Part shown: positions 1-9,987 of the stretch, piece by piece
How the letters are laid out: every line of letters begins with the position of its first letter
Position numbering within the stretch: the first letter of the stretch is position 1
Assembly (NCBI GenBank): GCA_024643385.1
Contig: JAHEMZ010000007.1
Span: forward strand, 1,341-65,340
Reading direction: 5' to 3'
DNA length: 64,000 bases
From: Flavobacteriaceae bacterium
GTDB taxonomy: Bacteria > Bacteroidota > Bacteroidia > Flavobacteriales > Flavobacteriaceae
Notes under the pieces: generated by a model
Told to the model about the DNA's origin: nothing
Seen by the model: the letters and a program-made list of their open reading frames with translations, nothing else
Database searches by the model: none
Program-made: the position numbers and the translations under genes

Positions 1-857
1 TTGGAAAAAGTACCATCTCCTTCATTCTTGAAATAGGTAAGATGTCCGGACAGGCCCCAGGAAGAAACCAGGATGTCAATAAATCCATCGTTGTCAAAAT
101 CATCGGTAATTACACCCCCTGCCAATTCATTTACATCAATTCCCAGAAACATGGAAATATTCTCCCACGCGGGTAGGGGATACTCCGAAGCAAATGCCTT
201 AGGCGGTATGAGAAGGGATCTAGGTACATTTTCAGGGTATTCTCCCAAAGTCATATATGCTAGATTCAATAACCATTGACTCTGTAGATCGTCCGGAAAG
301 ACAGCCAATATATTCTTGTAAATTTCAATGGCGTGTTCCGAACCACTTCGATCCGAATGAATCCCCTTACCTTTGATCGGAAACAAACATGATTCCGTAG
401 TATGGTTATCTCTACAATTGGTCTGTTCTCCAATTCTCAGGTAACTTAAGGCTAATACCTCATGCAAAGTTTTTGTATTGGGATTAATAATCTTATTCTC
501 CGGAAGAAGTTGTAGTATCTCTTCAAATACTTGTACCGATTCTTCAGATCTTCCAACATTCAACAGACATTTTCCATACTCAACATACAGCTGAAGATTT
601 AATTTATTCTGGGCCTTTTGGGCCTTCACCTCCGCCTCGATCATATTCAATTTTTCCGTCATTTCATAAGGGTGATTCCTGTAATTGACTTTTGATTTTA
701 TCAGTGCAATGCTATCCATCATTTGCAAGGTTCCCGGACTCAAGACTTTTTTTTCTTGTACTTCGCTCATTAACTTTGAATTGTTTTCATCTTGATTTTT
801 ACAAGAAGAAAACAGAAAAATTGAGAAAAATATAATAAGTAATATTTTTGGACTCAT
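1..857 (-). CDS. FG-GAP/VCBS-repeat lipoprotein of the CRTAC1 / ASPIC-UnbV type, N-terminal part (gene runs off the left edge of the window)
   Basis: Minus-strand frame is open from the ATG (complement of 855-857) down to base 1; I checked every in-frame triplet and found no stop. The N-terminus MSPKILLIIFFSIFLFSSC is a lipoprotein signal with a Cys lipobox. The distal visible part has ITDDFDNDGFIDILVSSWG...FKNEGDGTF, an FG-GAP/VCBS repeat. It is absent from the ORF track because it is truncated by the window edge. Confidence 0.7.
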   Translation of the reverse strand, partial: MSPKILLIIFFSIFLFSSCKNQDENNSKLMSEVQEKKVLSPGTLQMMDSIALIKSKVNYRNHPYEMTEKLNMIEAEVKAQKAQNKLNLQLYVEYGKCLLNVGRSEESVQVFEEILQLLPENKIINPNTKTLHEVLALSYLRIGEQTNCRDNHTTESCLFPIKGKGIHSDRSGSEHAIEIYKNILAVFPDDLQSQWLLNLAYMTLGEYPENVPRSLLIPPKAFASEYPLPAWENISMFLGIDVNELAGGVITDDFDNDGFIDILVSSWGLSGHLTYFKNEGDGTFS

Positions 858-1116
858 AGTAGGTGATTGTAATCATTGAATTCAGCAAGTTAATAATTCA
901 AAACTATTTATTAATGAATTTTGGAAAATTCAAATACCATGGATCCCGATTTTCAATTTTCGCAAAAAACTTTGCTAATATCACCATTTGAAACCTACAG
1001 GAATCTACTATGATTAAAGATCCTTTTGCAATTTTTGAGTCACAATAAATGACTTTAGTCATGTTTTTTGGAGGTTTAGTTTCCGAAATTTATAGGTGAC
1101 CGAAAAGACATTTACC

Positions 1117-1539
1117 ATGAACCAGAAAACACCTATTTCCACCATAATGACCAAGAAGGTGATCACTCTAAGCCGTGGTGACAGCTTGGAAATGGCTGAG
1201 CATTTATTCAAGTCGAAAAAAATACGACACATACCTGTTGTAAAAGGAAAGCACATTATAGGGATGTTGAGTTATACAGATCTGTTGCGTATTAGTTTCG
1301 TAGATGCTATTGACGAAACTGACATGGATGTGGATGCCGTGGTGTATGAAATGTTTACGATCGAACAGGTGATGGCAAAAAATCTGGTGAGTGTCACTTC
1401 GACGACAACGATCAAAGAAGTGGCAGAAATTCTATCCAAGCGCGAATTCCATGCGATTCCGGTGGTAGATGATGGTGTTTTGGTGGGAATCATTACCACC
1501 ACAGACCTGATCAACTATTTACTGCAACAGTATAAATAA
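1117..1539 (+). CDS. CBS-domain pair protein
   Basis: ORF 1096-1539 has two CBS-like units (IMTKKVITLSRGDSL...IRHIPVV and VMAKNLVSVTSTTTI...FHAIPVVDDGVLVGIITTTDL). The start is placed at the first ATG (1117, MNQKT) rather than the GTG at 1096. Confidence 0.8.
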   Translation: MNQKTPISTIMTKKVITLSRGDSLEMAEHLFKSKKIRHIPVVKGKHIIGMLSYTDLLRISFVDAIDETDMDVDAVVYEMFTIEQVMAKNLVSVTSTTTIKEVAEILSKREFHAIPVVDDGVLVGIITTTDLINYLLQQYK

Positions 1540-1568
1540 GCTTTAATAAGGGCCAGCGGCTAAGACCG

Positions 1569-2387
1569 TTATAACTGATTCACTGTTCTTCGAAGCGCGG
1601 TAAGATCGGTAAGCAGTTTTTCCAATAAACTCAGATCGAGCATATTCGCACCGTCACTTTTGGCATTTTTTGGGTCGAAATGTGTTTCGATAAAGATTCC
1701 GTCCACACCTACGGCAATACCCGCTTTCGCAATCGTACTGATCATTTCCGGTCGTCCTCCGGTCACTCCTGCAGACTGATTAGGCTGTTGCAGACTATGC
1801 GTCACATCCAAGACCGTTGGGGCGTATTGGCGCATGGTAGGGATACCGCGGAAATCGACGATCATATCTTGGTACCCGAACATGGTGCCTCGATCGGTGA
1901 TCAATACCTGTTCATTGTTGCAATCGGTGACCTTGGTCACGGCATGCTTCATACTTTCCGGACTCATAAACTGCCCTTTCTTTAAATTCACCACCTTACC
2001 GGTCTCGGCGGCGGCGACCACCAGGTCGGTCTGACGCACCAAAAAGGCAGGGATTTGCAATACGTCCACATATTCGGCAGCCATAGCGGCATCACTTATT
2101 TCATGAATATCGGTTACCGTAGGAACATCAAAGGTTTCCGATACTTTTCGTAAGATCTTCAAGGCCTTTTCGTCGCCAATTCCGGTGAAGGAATCGATTC
2201 TGCTTCGGTTGGCCTTTTTAAAACTACCCTTGAACACATAGGGGATCTCCAATTTTGTGGTAATCCCTACCACTTTTTCAGCAATGCGCAAAGCCATTTC
2301 TTCCCCTTCAATGGCACAGGGTCCGGCCAATAGAAAGAAGTTATTGGATTGGGTGAATTTAAGTTTCGGAACGAGATCTAGTTTCAT
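1569..2387 (-). CDS. kdsA: 3-deoxy-8-phosphooctulonate (KDO-8-P) synthase
   Basis: 272 aa. The sequence is full-length KdsA-like: FFLLAGPCAIE, FKGSFKKANRS, DVLQIPAFLVRQTDL, NLKKGQFMSP, DVTHSLQQP, FIETHFDP. Confidence 0.93.
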   Translation of the reverse strand: MKLDLVPKLKFTQSNNFFLLAGPCAIEGEEMALRIAEKVVGITTKLEIPYVFKGSFKKANRSRIDSFTGIGDEKALKILRKVSETFDVPTVTDIHEISDAAMAAEYVDVLQIPAFLVRQTDLVVAAAETGKVVNLKKGQFMSPESMKHAVTKVTDCNNEQVLITDRGTMFGYQDMIVDFRGIPTMRQYAPTVLDVTHSLQQPNQSAGVTGGRPEMISTIAKAGIAVGVDGIFIETHFDPKNAKSDGANMLDLSLLEKLLTDLTALRRTVNQL

Positions 2388-2405
2388 GTAAAGTTAATTG
2401 AAATG

Positions 2406-2413
2406 CAAAGATA
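2406..2413 (-). promoter_or_regulatory. Bacteroidota -7 promoter box (TATCTTTG) for kdsA
   Basis: The minus-strand sequence TATCTTTG matches the TAnnTTTG consensus, 19 nt upstream of the kdsA ATG. Confidence 0.45.
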
Positions 2414-2505
2414 GCTATTTTCAGTATCTACCATAGGCAGATTCATCTTTGTTCCCATCTAAAAATAATAATGACCTAAAACCTAAATATTCAAGTAAAT
2501 AGCAG

Positions 2506-2513
2506 TACTTTTG
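2506..2513 (+). promoter_or_regulatory. Bacteroidota -7 promoter box (TACTTTTG) for typA
   Basis: Matches TAnnTTTG, 23 nt upstream of ATG 2537. Confidence 0.45.
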
Positions 2514-2536
2514 CACCGCCTTAAAAATAAGGAACT

Positions 2537-4330
2537 ATGAATATCAAGAACATCGCCATTATCGCCCACGTTGACCACGGTAAGACTACCCTGGTAGATA
2601 AGATCTTACACCATTGCAGTTTATTCCGTGAAAATGAAAAAACGGGAGAATTGATCTTGGATAATAACGATCTGGAACGGGAACGAGGCATTACCATTAC
2701 CTCCAAGAACGTTTCTGTGGTCTATAAGAACACCAAAATAAATATCATTGACACTCCCGGTCACGCCGATTTCGGTGGGGAAGTGGAGCGTGTTTTGAAC
2801 ATGGCCGATGGAGTGTTGTTGTTGGTGGATGCCTTTGAAGGACCCATGCCTCAAACACGATTTGTATTGCAAAAAGCGATCTCGCTGGGTAAAAAACCTT
2901 GCGTAGTGATCAATAAGGTGGATAAAGAGAATTGCACTCCTGAAGAGGTGCATGAGGCTGTTTTTGACCTGATGTTCGAATTGGGCGCTGAAGAATGGCA
3001 GCTGGATTTCCCTACCGTATACGGTTCGGCAAAACACAACTGGATGAGCGAGGATTGGAAACATCCAACCGATAGCATCGAACCCTTATTGGATATGGTA
3101 TTGACCCACATTCCTGCACCGAAGACAGATGAAGGAAGTGTACAAATGTTGATCACCTCTTTAGACTATTCTTCTTTTACGGGTCGAATTGCGATTGGAA
3201 GATTACAGCGTGGTACCTTGAAAGAGAATATGCAGATCTCTTTGGTGAAACGTGATGGGAAGATCCAAAAATCCAGAATTAAAGAATTACACATATTTGA
3301 AGGTTTAGGAAGAATGAAAGTGTCTGAGGTTCAAGCAGGGGATATCTGTGCGATCGTTGGTCTGGAAGGTTTTGATATTGGGGATACCATTGCCGATATT
3401 GAAAATCCGGAGGCATTGCAAACTATCGCCATCGACGAGCCTACCATGAGTATGTTGTTCACTATCAATGATTCTCCCTTCTTCGGAAAGGATGGAAAAT
3501 TTGTGACCTCCCGACATATCAAGGATCGTTTACAACGTGAACTTGAGAAGAATTTGGCACTACGATTGAAAGAGACCGACAGTGCCGACAAATTCATGGT
3601 GTTCGGAAGAGGGGTATTGCACCTTTCGGTATTGATCGAAACCATGCGTCGTGAAGGTTATGAATTACAGATCGGTCAACCTCAGGTGATCATTAAAGAG
3701 ATCGATGGTGTGAAGTGTGAGCCGGTGGAGGAATTGACCATCGACCTTCCCGAAGATGTTTCGGGCCGTGCCATCGACATGGTGACCATCCGAAAAGGAG
3801 AAATGCAAAGTATGGAAGGAAAAGGAGAACGCATGATCTGTAAGTTCTTGATCCCGTCCAGAGGCATTATCGGATTAAGAAATCAGTTGCTCACCGCAAC
3901 CGCCGGAGAAGCTATCATGACTCACCGTTTCCTGGAATACCAACCGCTTAAAGGAGGTATTCCTGAAAGACAGAACGGTAGTATGGTCTCTATGGAAAAT
4001 GGGCAGGCGATACCTTATTCTATTGACAAACTACAGGAACGCGGACGATTCTTTATCGATCCGGGAGAAGATATCTATGAAGGGCAGGTCATTGGTGAGA
4101 ACTCTCGTCAGGATGATATGGCCATCAACGTGACCAAAACTAAAAAACTGTCTAACGTGCGTTCTTCGGGAGCAGATGACAAGGCTCGTATTGTACCGGC
4201 TATCAAGTTTTCGTTGGAAGAAGCGTTGGAGTATATCCAAAAGGATGAGTACGTTGAGGTCACTCCTCGTCATTTGCGTCTGCGAAAAATTTTGCTAAAA
4301 GAAGTAGATAGAAAACGAATTAAACTTTAG
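2537..4330 (+). CDS. typA: translational GTPase TypA/BipA
   Basis: 597 aa. GTPase motifs [23 protein letters not shown] and NKVD are followed by EF-G-like domains and the BipA-specific C-terminal region. Confidence 0.93.
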   Translation: MNIKNIAIIAHVDHGKTTLVDKILHHCSLFRENEKTGELILDNNDLERERGITITSKNVSVVYKNTKINIIDTPGHADFGGEVERVLNMADGVLLLVDAFEGPMPQTRFVLQKAISLGKKPCVVINKVDKENCTPEEVHEAVFDLMFELGAEEWQLDFPTVYGSAKHNWMSEDWKHPTDSIEPLLDMVLTHIPAPKTDEGSVQMLITSLDYSSFTGRIAIGRLQRGTLKENMQISLVKRDGKIQKSRIKELHIFEGLGRMKVSEVQAGDICAIVGLEGFDIGDTIADIENPEALQTIAIDEPTMSMLFTINDSPFFGKDGKFVTSRHIKDRLQRELEKNLALRLKETDSADKFMVFGRGVLHLSVLIETMRREGYELQIGQPQVIIKEIDGVKCEPVEELTIDLPEDVSGRAIDMVTIRKGEMQSMEGKGERMICKFLIPSRGIIGLRNQLLTATAGEAIMTHRFLEYQPLKGGIPERQNGSMVSMENGQAIPYSIDKLQERGRFFIDPGEDIYEGQVIGENSRQDDMAINVTKTKKLSNVRSSGADDKARIVPAIKFSLEEALEYIQKDEYVEVTPRHLRLRKILLKEVDRKRIKL

Positions 4331-4398
4331 CTTTTAAAGGCTGCAAATGTGGCCGTTTTTTAGTTAATTTGTTTCAAATTTGTAAAGAAGGGTGAATT

Positions 4399-4617
4399 AT
4401 GAGTAATTTTTCAGTGATATTTTTATACTTCGATCCGGGATTGGGCGCCATGATTGTACAAGGATTGGTTGCTGCCGCTGCAGGGATTTTACTGTTTTCG
4501 AAAAATGTGATGTACAAGGTGAAGTCCTTCTTTGGTATAGCCAAAAAGGAAGAGGACACCTACGACTCCATCGATATCGAAGAGGATGAAATCCATGAGA
4601 ATGACTCCAAAAAGTAA
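4399..4617 (+). CDS. small single-pass membrane protein with acidic tail (unknown function)
   Basis: 72-aa ORF. FDPGLGAMIVQGLVAAAAGILLF forms one hydrophobic helix, followed by a basic stretch and an acidic tail DSIDIEEDEIHENDSKK. Its 3' end overlaps the candidate start codons of the next ORF (4586/4595/4601), which suggests translational coupling. Confidence 0.55.
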   Translation: MSNFSVIFLYFDPGLGAMIVQGLVAAAAGILLFSKNVMYKVKSFFGIAKKEEDTYDSIDIEEDEIHENDSKK

Positions 4618-5983
4618 GATACACCAAGCCTCTTTTCGGGACCCTTCGGGATATATGATCCACGACGGAGAGGTTTTGCGAAGAGTGATCAACCCTATTT
4701 ATTTTCCTCAATACAAAAAACTCAAATCCTCGGGTTTCTTTGATACCTTGATTAAAAAAGGACTCCTGATCTCCCATGAAGAGACTTCTGTTTCCGAAAG
4801 TGAGATCGTTATTACTCCTGAAAAAATCCCTTTTATTACCAATCCCTACGAATGGAGTTTTGAGCAATTCAAACATGCTGCCCTATTGACGCTGCAAATT
4901 CAAAAATATGCCTTGTCCAAAGGTTTTATTCTGAAGGACGCTTCTGCCTATAATGTGACCTTTCACAAAGGGAAGCCCATCTTTATCGATACACTCTCTT
5001 TTGATTTTTACGAAGAGAACACCCCCTGGCGTGCTTATAAACAATTCATTACTCATTTCTTTGGACCTTTGATCCTGGCGAAGTACCATGGCACGGACAT
5101 ATTTAAGATGTTGCAAACCCATATCGATGGTATTCCCGTAAAATTGATCGCTTCTTTACTTCCGAAGAAAACGAAGTTCAGCTCTACCTTGTTTACGAAC
5201 ATTCACTTACTGGCCAAAATGGAAAGTAAACACAGTGAGGATTACAAGGCTGAGACCAAAAAAGCAAAACTTTCTAAAAAGGCCCAAAATAATATTTTGG
5301 AGAGCTTATTCGGTTATATCAAAGACTTAAAAGTTCAGGAAGCTACCGAATGGGGTAATTACTACGCTAAAACCAATTACGATGCGCTCGCTTTTGAGGG
5401 TAAGAAACAACTGATCCGTGAGTGGGTGATCGACTCAAAGGCAAAGACTTTGATCGATGTGGGAGGAAATGACGGCACCTTTGCCCGAACGGTCATCGAC
5501 CAACTAGACCATGTGATGGTCACTGATATCGACAGTAATGCCGTAGATGATAATTATTATCAGAGCCAACAGCACAAGGAGCACAATATGTTGCCTTTTG
5601 TGTGCGATGTGCTGCAACCTGCACCCGGGATCGGGTTCAATAATACCGAGCGCAGTTCTCTGATCCAGCGTTTGGTCGAATACCGCCCCGATGTGACCAT
5701 GGCGCTAGCCTTGATCCATCATGTTACACTTTCCGGTAATGTGCCTTTTGAGAAGTCGGCCGAGTTCTTTGCCCAATTTTCGGATCGCTTGATCATTGAG
5801 TTTCCCAAGCGGACAGACTCCTGGGTCACTTCCTTGTTGGTGCGTAAACGAGAATTTATCAATCATTTCGATTTTTACAATCAGGAGAATTTTGAAGATG
5901 GCTATCAACAATATTTTCAAATTGAAAAGAAACAACCCATAGATGGAACCGAACGAGTGCTGTATTTGATGAAACGAAAGTAA
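4586..5983 (+). CDS. two-domain protein: N-terminal kinase-like(?) domain fused to a class I SAM-dependent methyltransferase domain
   Basis: 465 aa. The C-terminal part has the SAM-binding motif I LIDVGGNDGTFA and a later acidic VTDID. The N-terminal half has FRDPSG and ILKDASAYNV..KPIFIDTLSF. The start codon is uncertain (ATG at 4586, 4595 or 4601). Confidence 0.7.
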   Translation: MKSMRMTPKSKIHQASFRDPSGYMIHDGEVLRRVINPIYFPQYKKLKSSGFFDTLIKKGLLISHEETSVSESEIVITPEKIPFITNPYEWSFEQFKHAALLTLQIQKYALSKGFILKDASAYNVTFHKGKPIFIDTLSFDFYEENTPWRAYKQFITHFFGPLILAKYHGTDIFKMLQTHIDGIPVKLIASLLPKKTKFSSTLFTNIHLLAKMESKHSEDYKAETKKAKLSKKAQNNILESLFGYIKDLKVQEATEWGNYYAKTNYDALAFEGKKQLIREWVIDSKAKTLIDVGGNDGTFARTVIDQLDHVMVTDIDSNAVDDNYYQSQQHKEHNMLPFVCDVLQPAPGIGFNNTERSSLIQRLVEYRPDVTMALALIHHVTLSGNVPFEKSAEFFAQFSDRLIIEFPKRTDSWVTSLLVRKREFINHFDFYNQENFEDGYQQYFQIEKKQPIDGTERVLYLMKRK

Positions 5984-5999
5984 TTCTTAACAACTGAAA

Positions 6000-7463
6000 T
6001 TGGAATTAGGTAAAAATCGAAATAACTATGTAAGATTTGCCTTTATCGGACTCGCTTCCGGCTTATATCCCATTCTTTTTTATTATACCTATAATTTTTC
6101 ACTGATCAATTCCTGGAGGCATTTGGGTTTTTTTGCAGGCCTGTTCCTGCTCTTTCCCATCGCCACTTTTATCATCTTGCATTTTTGGTCCAAACGATCC
6201 GCTAAGACTTATCCCTGGAGGTCGATCACGACCTTCTTAAATACTTTCCTCTTTTTAAATTTCATTCAGCTCTGTCTATTCGCCAAAATACAGTGGTGGA
6301 TCACGTTCGTGGTCTTGATCATTTCCGTGATCTTGGCTAAATATATGTCTCGCTTTTTGAATAGAATAGTGTTTTTTCAATACCTATTGGCCGGAATTGC
6401 TATGTTTTCATTTGTGCCCCGCCTCTTATCCCAACTGAATTATTCGAATGAATGGATGAATCAACCGGATGATATCGAAGCGGTGGTCTTCAAAAAAAAG
6501 CCTAACGTTTATTACATCCAACCCGACGGGTATGTGAACTTTTCCGAAATAGATCGCGGCTATTATGGTGTGGACAATAGTACGTTCAAATCGTTTTTGG
6601 AAGAACAGGGATTTAAGAATTACCCGGATGTTCGCAGTAACTATACGGCCACACTCGAATCGAACAGTGCTACTTTCGCCATGAAGCACCATTATTACAA
6701 TAATGGGTTCAACTTTTCAGAGATCGTGAATGCACGAGAGACGATCGTTACGAAAAATCCGGTACTTGATATTTTTAAAAATAATGGTTATACCACCTAC
6801 TTTTTACCGGAAATACCTTACCTGATCACCAATTTACCGGAAATGGGTTATGACGTGAGTAACTTTGGTGAAAAGGACATTTCATTAGTTACCCAAGGAC
6901 TGCAGGGAAGAAAGGAAGTGATGCCCGAGGTGAAAAAGGCGTTGGATGATACAATTAATAGTCCTAAGTTCTTTTTTATTGAATTGTTCAGTCCGGGGCA
7001 CGTAACCTCCCACCAAAACGAATCCAAAGGGAAGGAGGTCGAAAAAGAAGAATACCTTAAAAAATTGGCGGATGCCAATAAAAAGATGGAAGCGCTGATC
7101 TCGATGATCCGCGCCAAGGATCCGGACGGACTTATTTTGATCATGGGGGATCACGGGGGCTATGTGGGGTTTGATTATATGTTGGAACTTCAAGAAAAAC
7201 AAACCGACAGGGATTTGATCTACTCGGCGTTCAGTACGCAATTATCTATTTTCTGGCCTCATGGAGAAGCTCCTATATATGATACGCAGCTGAAAACCAC
7301 CATCAATACATTTCGTATTTTGTTTGCTTATTTAGGCGATCGCCCGGCTTACCTGGAGAACCTTCAGGAGGATGCCAGTTATTCGATTATTTTAAAGGGA
7401 GCGACAAAGGGCATCTATAAATTGGTCAATGAATGGGGGGAAGTAGTTTTTGAAAAATTATAA
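6000..7463 (+). CDS. membrane-anchored alkaline-phosphatase-superfamily (sulfatase / LtaS / EptA-like) transferase, paralogue 1
   Basis: 487 aa. About 5 N-terminal hydrophobic helices are followed by a soluble domain with PNVYYIQPDGY, NYTATLESNS and the metal-ligand motif MGDHGGYVG. A TTG start at 6000 is implied because there is no in-frame ATG near the N-terminus and the length matches the paralogue. Confidence 0.7.
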   Translation: MELGKNRNNYVRFAFIGLASGLYPILFYYTYNFSLINSWRHLGFFAGLFLLFPIATFIILHFWSKRSAKTYPWRSITTFLNTFLFLNFIQLCLFAKIQWWITFVVLIISVILAKYMSRFLNRIVFFQYLLAGIAMFSFVPRLLSQLNYSNEWMNQPDDIEAVVFKKKPNVYYIQPDGYVNFSEIDRGYYGVDNSTFKSFLEEQGFKNYPDVRSNYTATLESNSATFAMKHHYYNNGFNFSEIVNARETIVTKNPVLDIFKNNGYTTYFLPEIPYLITNLPEMGYDVSNFGEKDISLVTQGLQGRKEVMPEVKKALDDTINSPKFFFIELFSPGHVTSHQNESKGKEVEKEEYLKKLADANKKMEALISMIRAKDPDGLILIMGDHGGYVGFDYMLELQEKQTDRDLIYSAFSTQLSIFWPHGEAPIYDTQLKTTINTFRILFAYLGDRPAYLENLQEDASYSIILKGATKGIYKLVNEWGEVVFEKL

Positions 7464-7542
7464 TTATGTTGGTCATGTCTGCGTTAACAAGTAGTTTTAA
7501 CGAAGAAAGCCTTTACAAAAGCAAAATAAATCAATAAGTCAA

Positions 7543-9012
7543 ATGTCATTCGTTAGAAAATTTTTGGATAGTGATAAGAGTTTTCCGCTCTTAACAGGTT
7601 TAGCAGCGGGTTTATACCCCATGCTATTCTATTATTCAAATAACTTCAATTTGATCAATTCTTGGGGTCATTTTAGGTATTTCATGGTTATGTTTTTGTT
7701 GTTGCCGACCTTCGGACTTTTTTTGATCCATAAATTAACCAAAGGACCCAAATTCGATCGATATCGAAAATATTTACTGCCCTTCCTCAATCTCTTTGTA
7801 TTCCTTTTTTTGATGAAGGTCTGTTTGTATGGCGGACTTCAGAAGAAGATGATCTTGGTCATCGGTGTTGTTTCCGTTGCCTACGCCTATTTCCTTTATA
7901 AACATTACAAAAAGGCGGTGGTGTTTCAACTGCTATTGGCCTTGATCGGTGTGTATACTTTTACCAATACCATGATCAGTCAGCTCAATTTTTCAGACGA
8001 ATGGAAACAACCCGTCGATGACATCGCAGGGGTGAAGCTAAGTTCGAAACCCAATATATACTATATTCAGCCGGATGGTTATGTAAACTTCAGTGAATTG
8101 AAGAAAGGCTATTATCAATACAAGGATTCGACTTTTGAATATTATTTATCGGAAAATGGGTTTACCAATTACGCCGATTTCCTTACCAACTACGCTTCCA
8201 CCTTGTCATCCAATAGTTCTGCCTTTATGATGAAGCACCATTATTATAACAATGGGTTAAGCTTTAGTGAAGGGATAGATGCCCGTGAAACGATTATTTC
8301 CGACAATACCGTTTTGACCATTTTGAAGAACAATGGTTATAAAACCCATTTTATTTCTGAAGCGCCTTATCTGATGGTGAATCGCCCTGAAATGGGTTAC
8401 GACTACACTAATTTCAGCTATGATGAAATAAGCTATCTCAGTACCGGTTTTCGAGAAAAGGGAGATGTTGTTGAAGATCTCAGTGTCACCCTTTTATTGG
8501 ATAGGGATCGTCCGAAGTTTTATTTTATTGAATTTTTCAATCCCGGACATATTGTGGGCAGTAAAGAAAAATCGGATGGAAAAGAAGCGCAGCGCAAACT
8601 TTGGTTGGAAAGCTTGGAGCGAGCCAATGATAAACTTAAATTATTGATCTCGGATATCCTTGAAAACGATCCCGATGCCCTGATCTTGATGATGGGGGAC
8701 CATGGCGGCTTTGTTGGAATGGATTATACACACCAGATCTATGTGAAAACACAGGAACGAGATATCGTACATTCGATCTTTAGCAGTCAGTTATCCATTC
8801 GCTGGCCTGAAGGATTGCAACCGAAAGAAAATTTGGGTTTTCGATCATCCGTGAATGTATTTAGAATATTATTCGCACATTTGAGTGGTGAAACCAAATA
8901 TTTGGAAAATTTACAACCCGATGAGAGTTATGTAATTATCAATGAAGGGGCTCCGAAAGGAATCTATAAGTATATAGATGATGCCGGAAATATCGTTTTT
9001 GAAAAACACTAG
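7543..9012 (+). CDS. membrane-anchored alkaline-phosphatase-superfamily (sulfatase / LtaS / EptA-like) transferase, paralogue 2
   Basis: 489 aa, alignable over its full length to 6000-7463. Shared blocks: GLYPMLFYYSNNFNLINSW vs GLYPILFYYTYNFSLINSW; PNIYYIQPDGYVNFSE; MKHHYYNNG; MGDHGGFVG; VNVFRILFAHL vs INTFRILFAYL. Confidence 0.7.
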   Translation: MSFVRKFLDSDKSFPLLTGLAAGLYPMLFYYSNNFNLINSWGHFRYFMVMFLLLPTFGLFLIHKLTKGPKFDRYRKYLLPFLNLFVFLFLMKVCLYGGLQKKMILVIGVVSVAYAYFLYKHYKKAVVFQLLLALIGVYTFTNTMISQLNFSDEWKQPVDDIAGVKLSSKPNIYYIQPDGYVNFSELKKGYYQYKDSTFEYYLSENGFTNYADFLTNYASTLSSNSSAFMMKHHYYNNGLSFSEGIDARETIISDNTVLTILKNNGYKTHFISEAPYLMVNRPEMGYDYTNFSYDEISYLSTGFREKGDVVEDLSVTLLLDRDRPKFYFIEFFNPGHIVGSKEKSDGKEAQRKLWLESLERANDKLKLLISDILENDPDALILMMGDHGGFVGMDYTHQIYVKTQERDIVHSIFSSQLSIRWPEGLQPKENLGFRSSVNVFRILFAHLSGETKYLENLQPDESYVIINEGAPKGIYKYIDDAGNIVFEKH

Positions 9013-9987
9013 ATGCAGTTTACGGTAAAAAAATATAACTTAGCACATCAACAGGAATGGAACGATTTCGTGTCTACTTCCAAAAATGCCACCTTCTTAT
9101 TTCATCGTAATTTTATGGAGTATCATCAGAATCGATTCGATGACTTTTCTCTAATGATTTATAAAGACGAAAAATTATACGCTTTGCTTCCTGGGCATAA
9201 GGTTGGTAATAAGGTATATGCCCACAACGGACTTACTTACGGTAGTTTTATGCTTCAGGATAGTGCCACCTTTTTGAATTCTTTTGAAGCCTTTAAAACA
9301 ATGCTGGAATTTTTATATGAAAATGAAATTGCAGCTTTGGAAATAAAGGTGATTCCTTCTTTTTATAATCGAATGCCCAGTGACGAACTGGAATACTTTC
9401 TGTATCAGGCAAAGGCACAAATTACGAAGAAGGACGTTTTGATGGTCATTGATTATGATCATCAGTTGCGTTTTGAAAAGAATAGAAGAGAAGGGATCAA
9501 TCGAGCTATACGGAGCGGTCTTGAAGTGAAATTGGATCAGAATTATAAAGAATTCTGGAATGAGGTCTTACTACCCAACCTCAGTAAAAAGCATGGGGTG
9601 AAGCCTGTGCATAGTTTGGAAGAGATTGAACTTTTGGCATCGAGATTTCCTAATAACATTCAACAAGTGTCTGTTTACCAAAAAGGAAAAATGGTGGCAG
9701 GAACTACTATTTTTCTAACGCATACTACGGTTCATCCTCAGTATGTTTCGGGTAATACAGAAAAGAATGGTTTAGGTAGTTTGGATCTGGCCTACGACTT
9801 TGCGATCAATCATTTCAAAGAAGGGAGACGGTATTTTGATTTTAATATTTCCAGTGAAGAGAATGGCACTATTTTGAACAAAGGATTGTTATTTTGGAAA
9901 GAGACCTGTGGAGCGAGAGCGTTCACGGCAGACAACTATTTGATAGAAACAGCATCTTATAAAAGTTTAAACCTAACACTCAAGTGA
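9013..9987 (+). CDS. FemAB-like / GNAT-fold acyltransferase (predicted amino-sugar N-acyl or aminoacyl transferase)
   Basis: 324 aa. The N-terminus ([35 protein letters not shown]) and overall size fit the FemAB-like GNAT family often found beside sugar aminotransferases. Its stop overlaps the next start (9984-9987). Confidence 0.5.
   Translation: MQFTVKKYNLAHQQEWNDFVSTSKNATFLFHRNFMEYHQNRFDDFSLMIYKDEKLYALLPGHKVGNKVYAHNGLTYGSFMLQDSATFLNSFEAFKTMLEFLYENEIAALEIKVIPSFYNRMPSDELEYFLYQAKAQITKKDVLMVIDYDHQLRFEKNRREGINRAIRSGLEVKLDQNYKEFWNEVLLPNLSKKHGVKPVHSLEEIELLASRFPNNIQQVSVYQKGKMVAGTTIFLTHTTVHPQYVSGNTEKNGLGSLDLAYDFAINHFKEGRRYFDFNISSEENGTILNKGLLFWKETCGARAFTADNYLIETASYKSLNLTLK

Noticed and set aside
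73-279. 68-aa plus-strand ORF from the six-frame track
   Set aside because: It lies wholly inside the long open minus-strand frame (1-857), which encodes a recognisable FG-GAP lipoprotein. It has no motif of its own, so it is most likely a shadow ORF.
4397-4876. 159-aa minus-strand ORF overlapping the small TM gene and the methyltransferase start
   Set aside because: It is antisense to two plus-strand ORFs that have clear features (a TM helix and a conserved FRDPSG N-terminus). Its composition is low-complexity and Arg/Ser-rich, typical of antisense frames.
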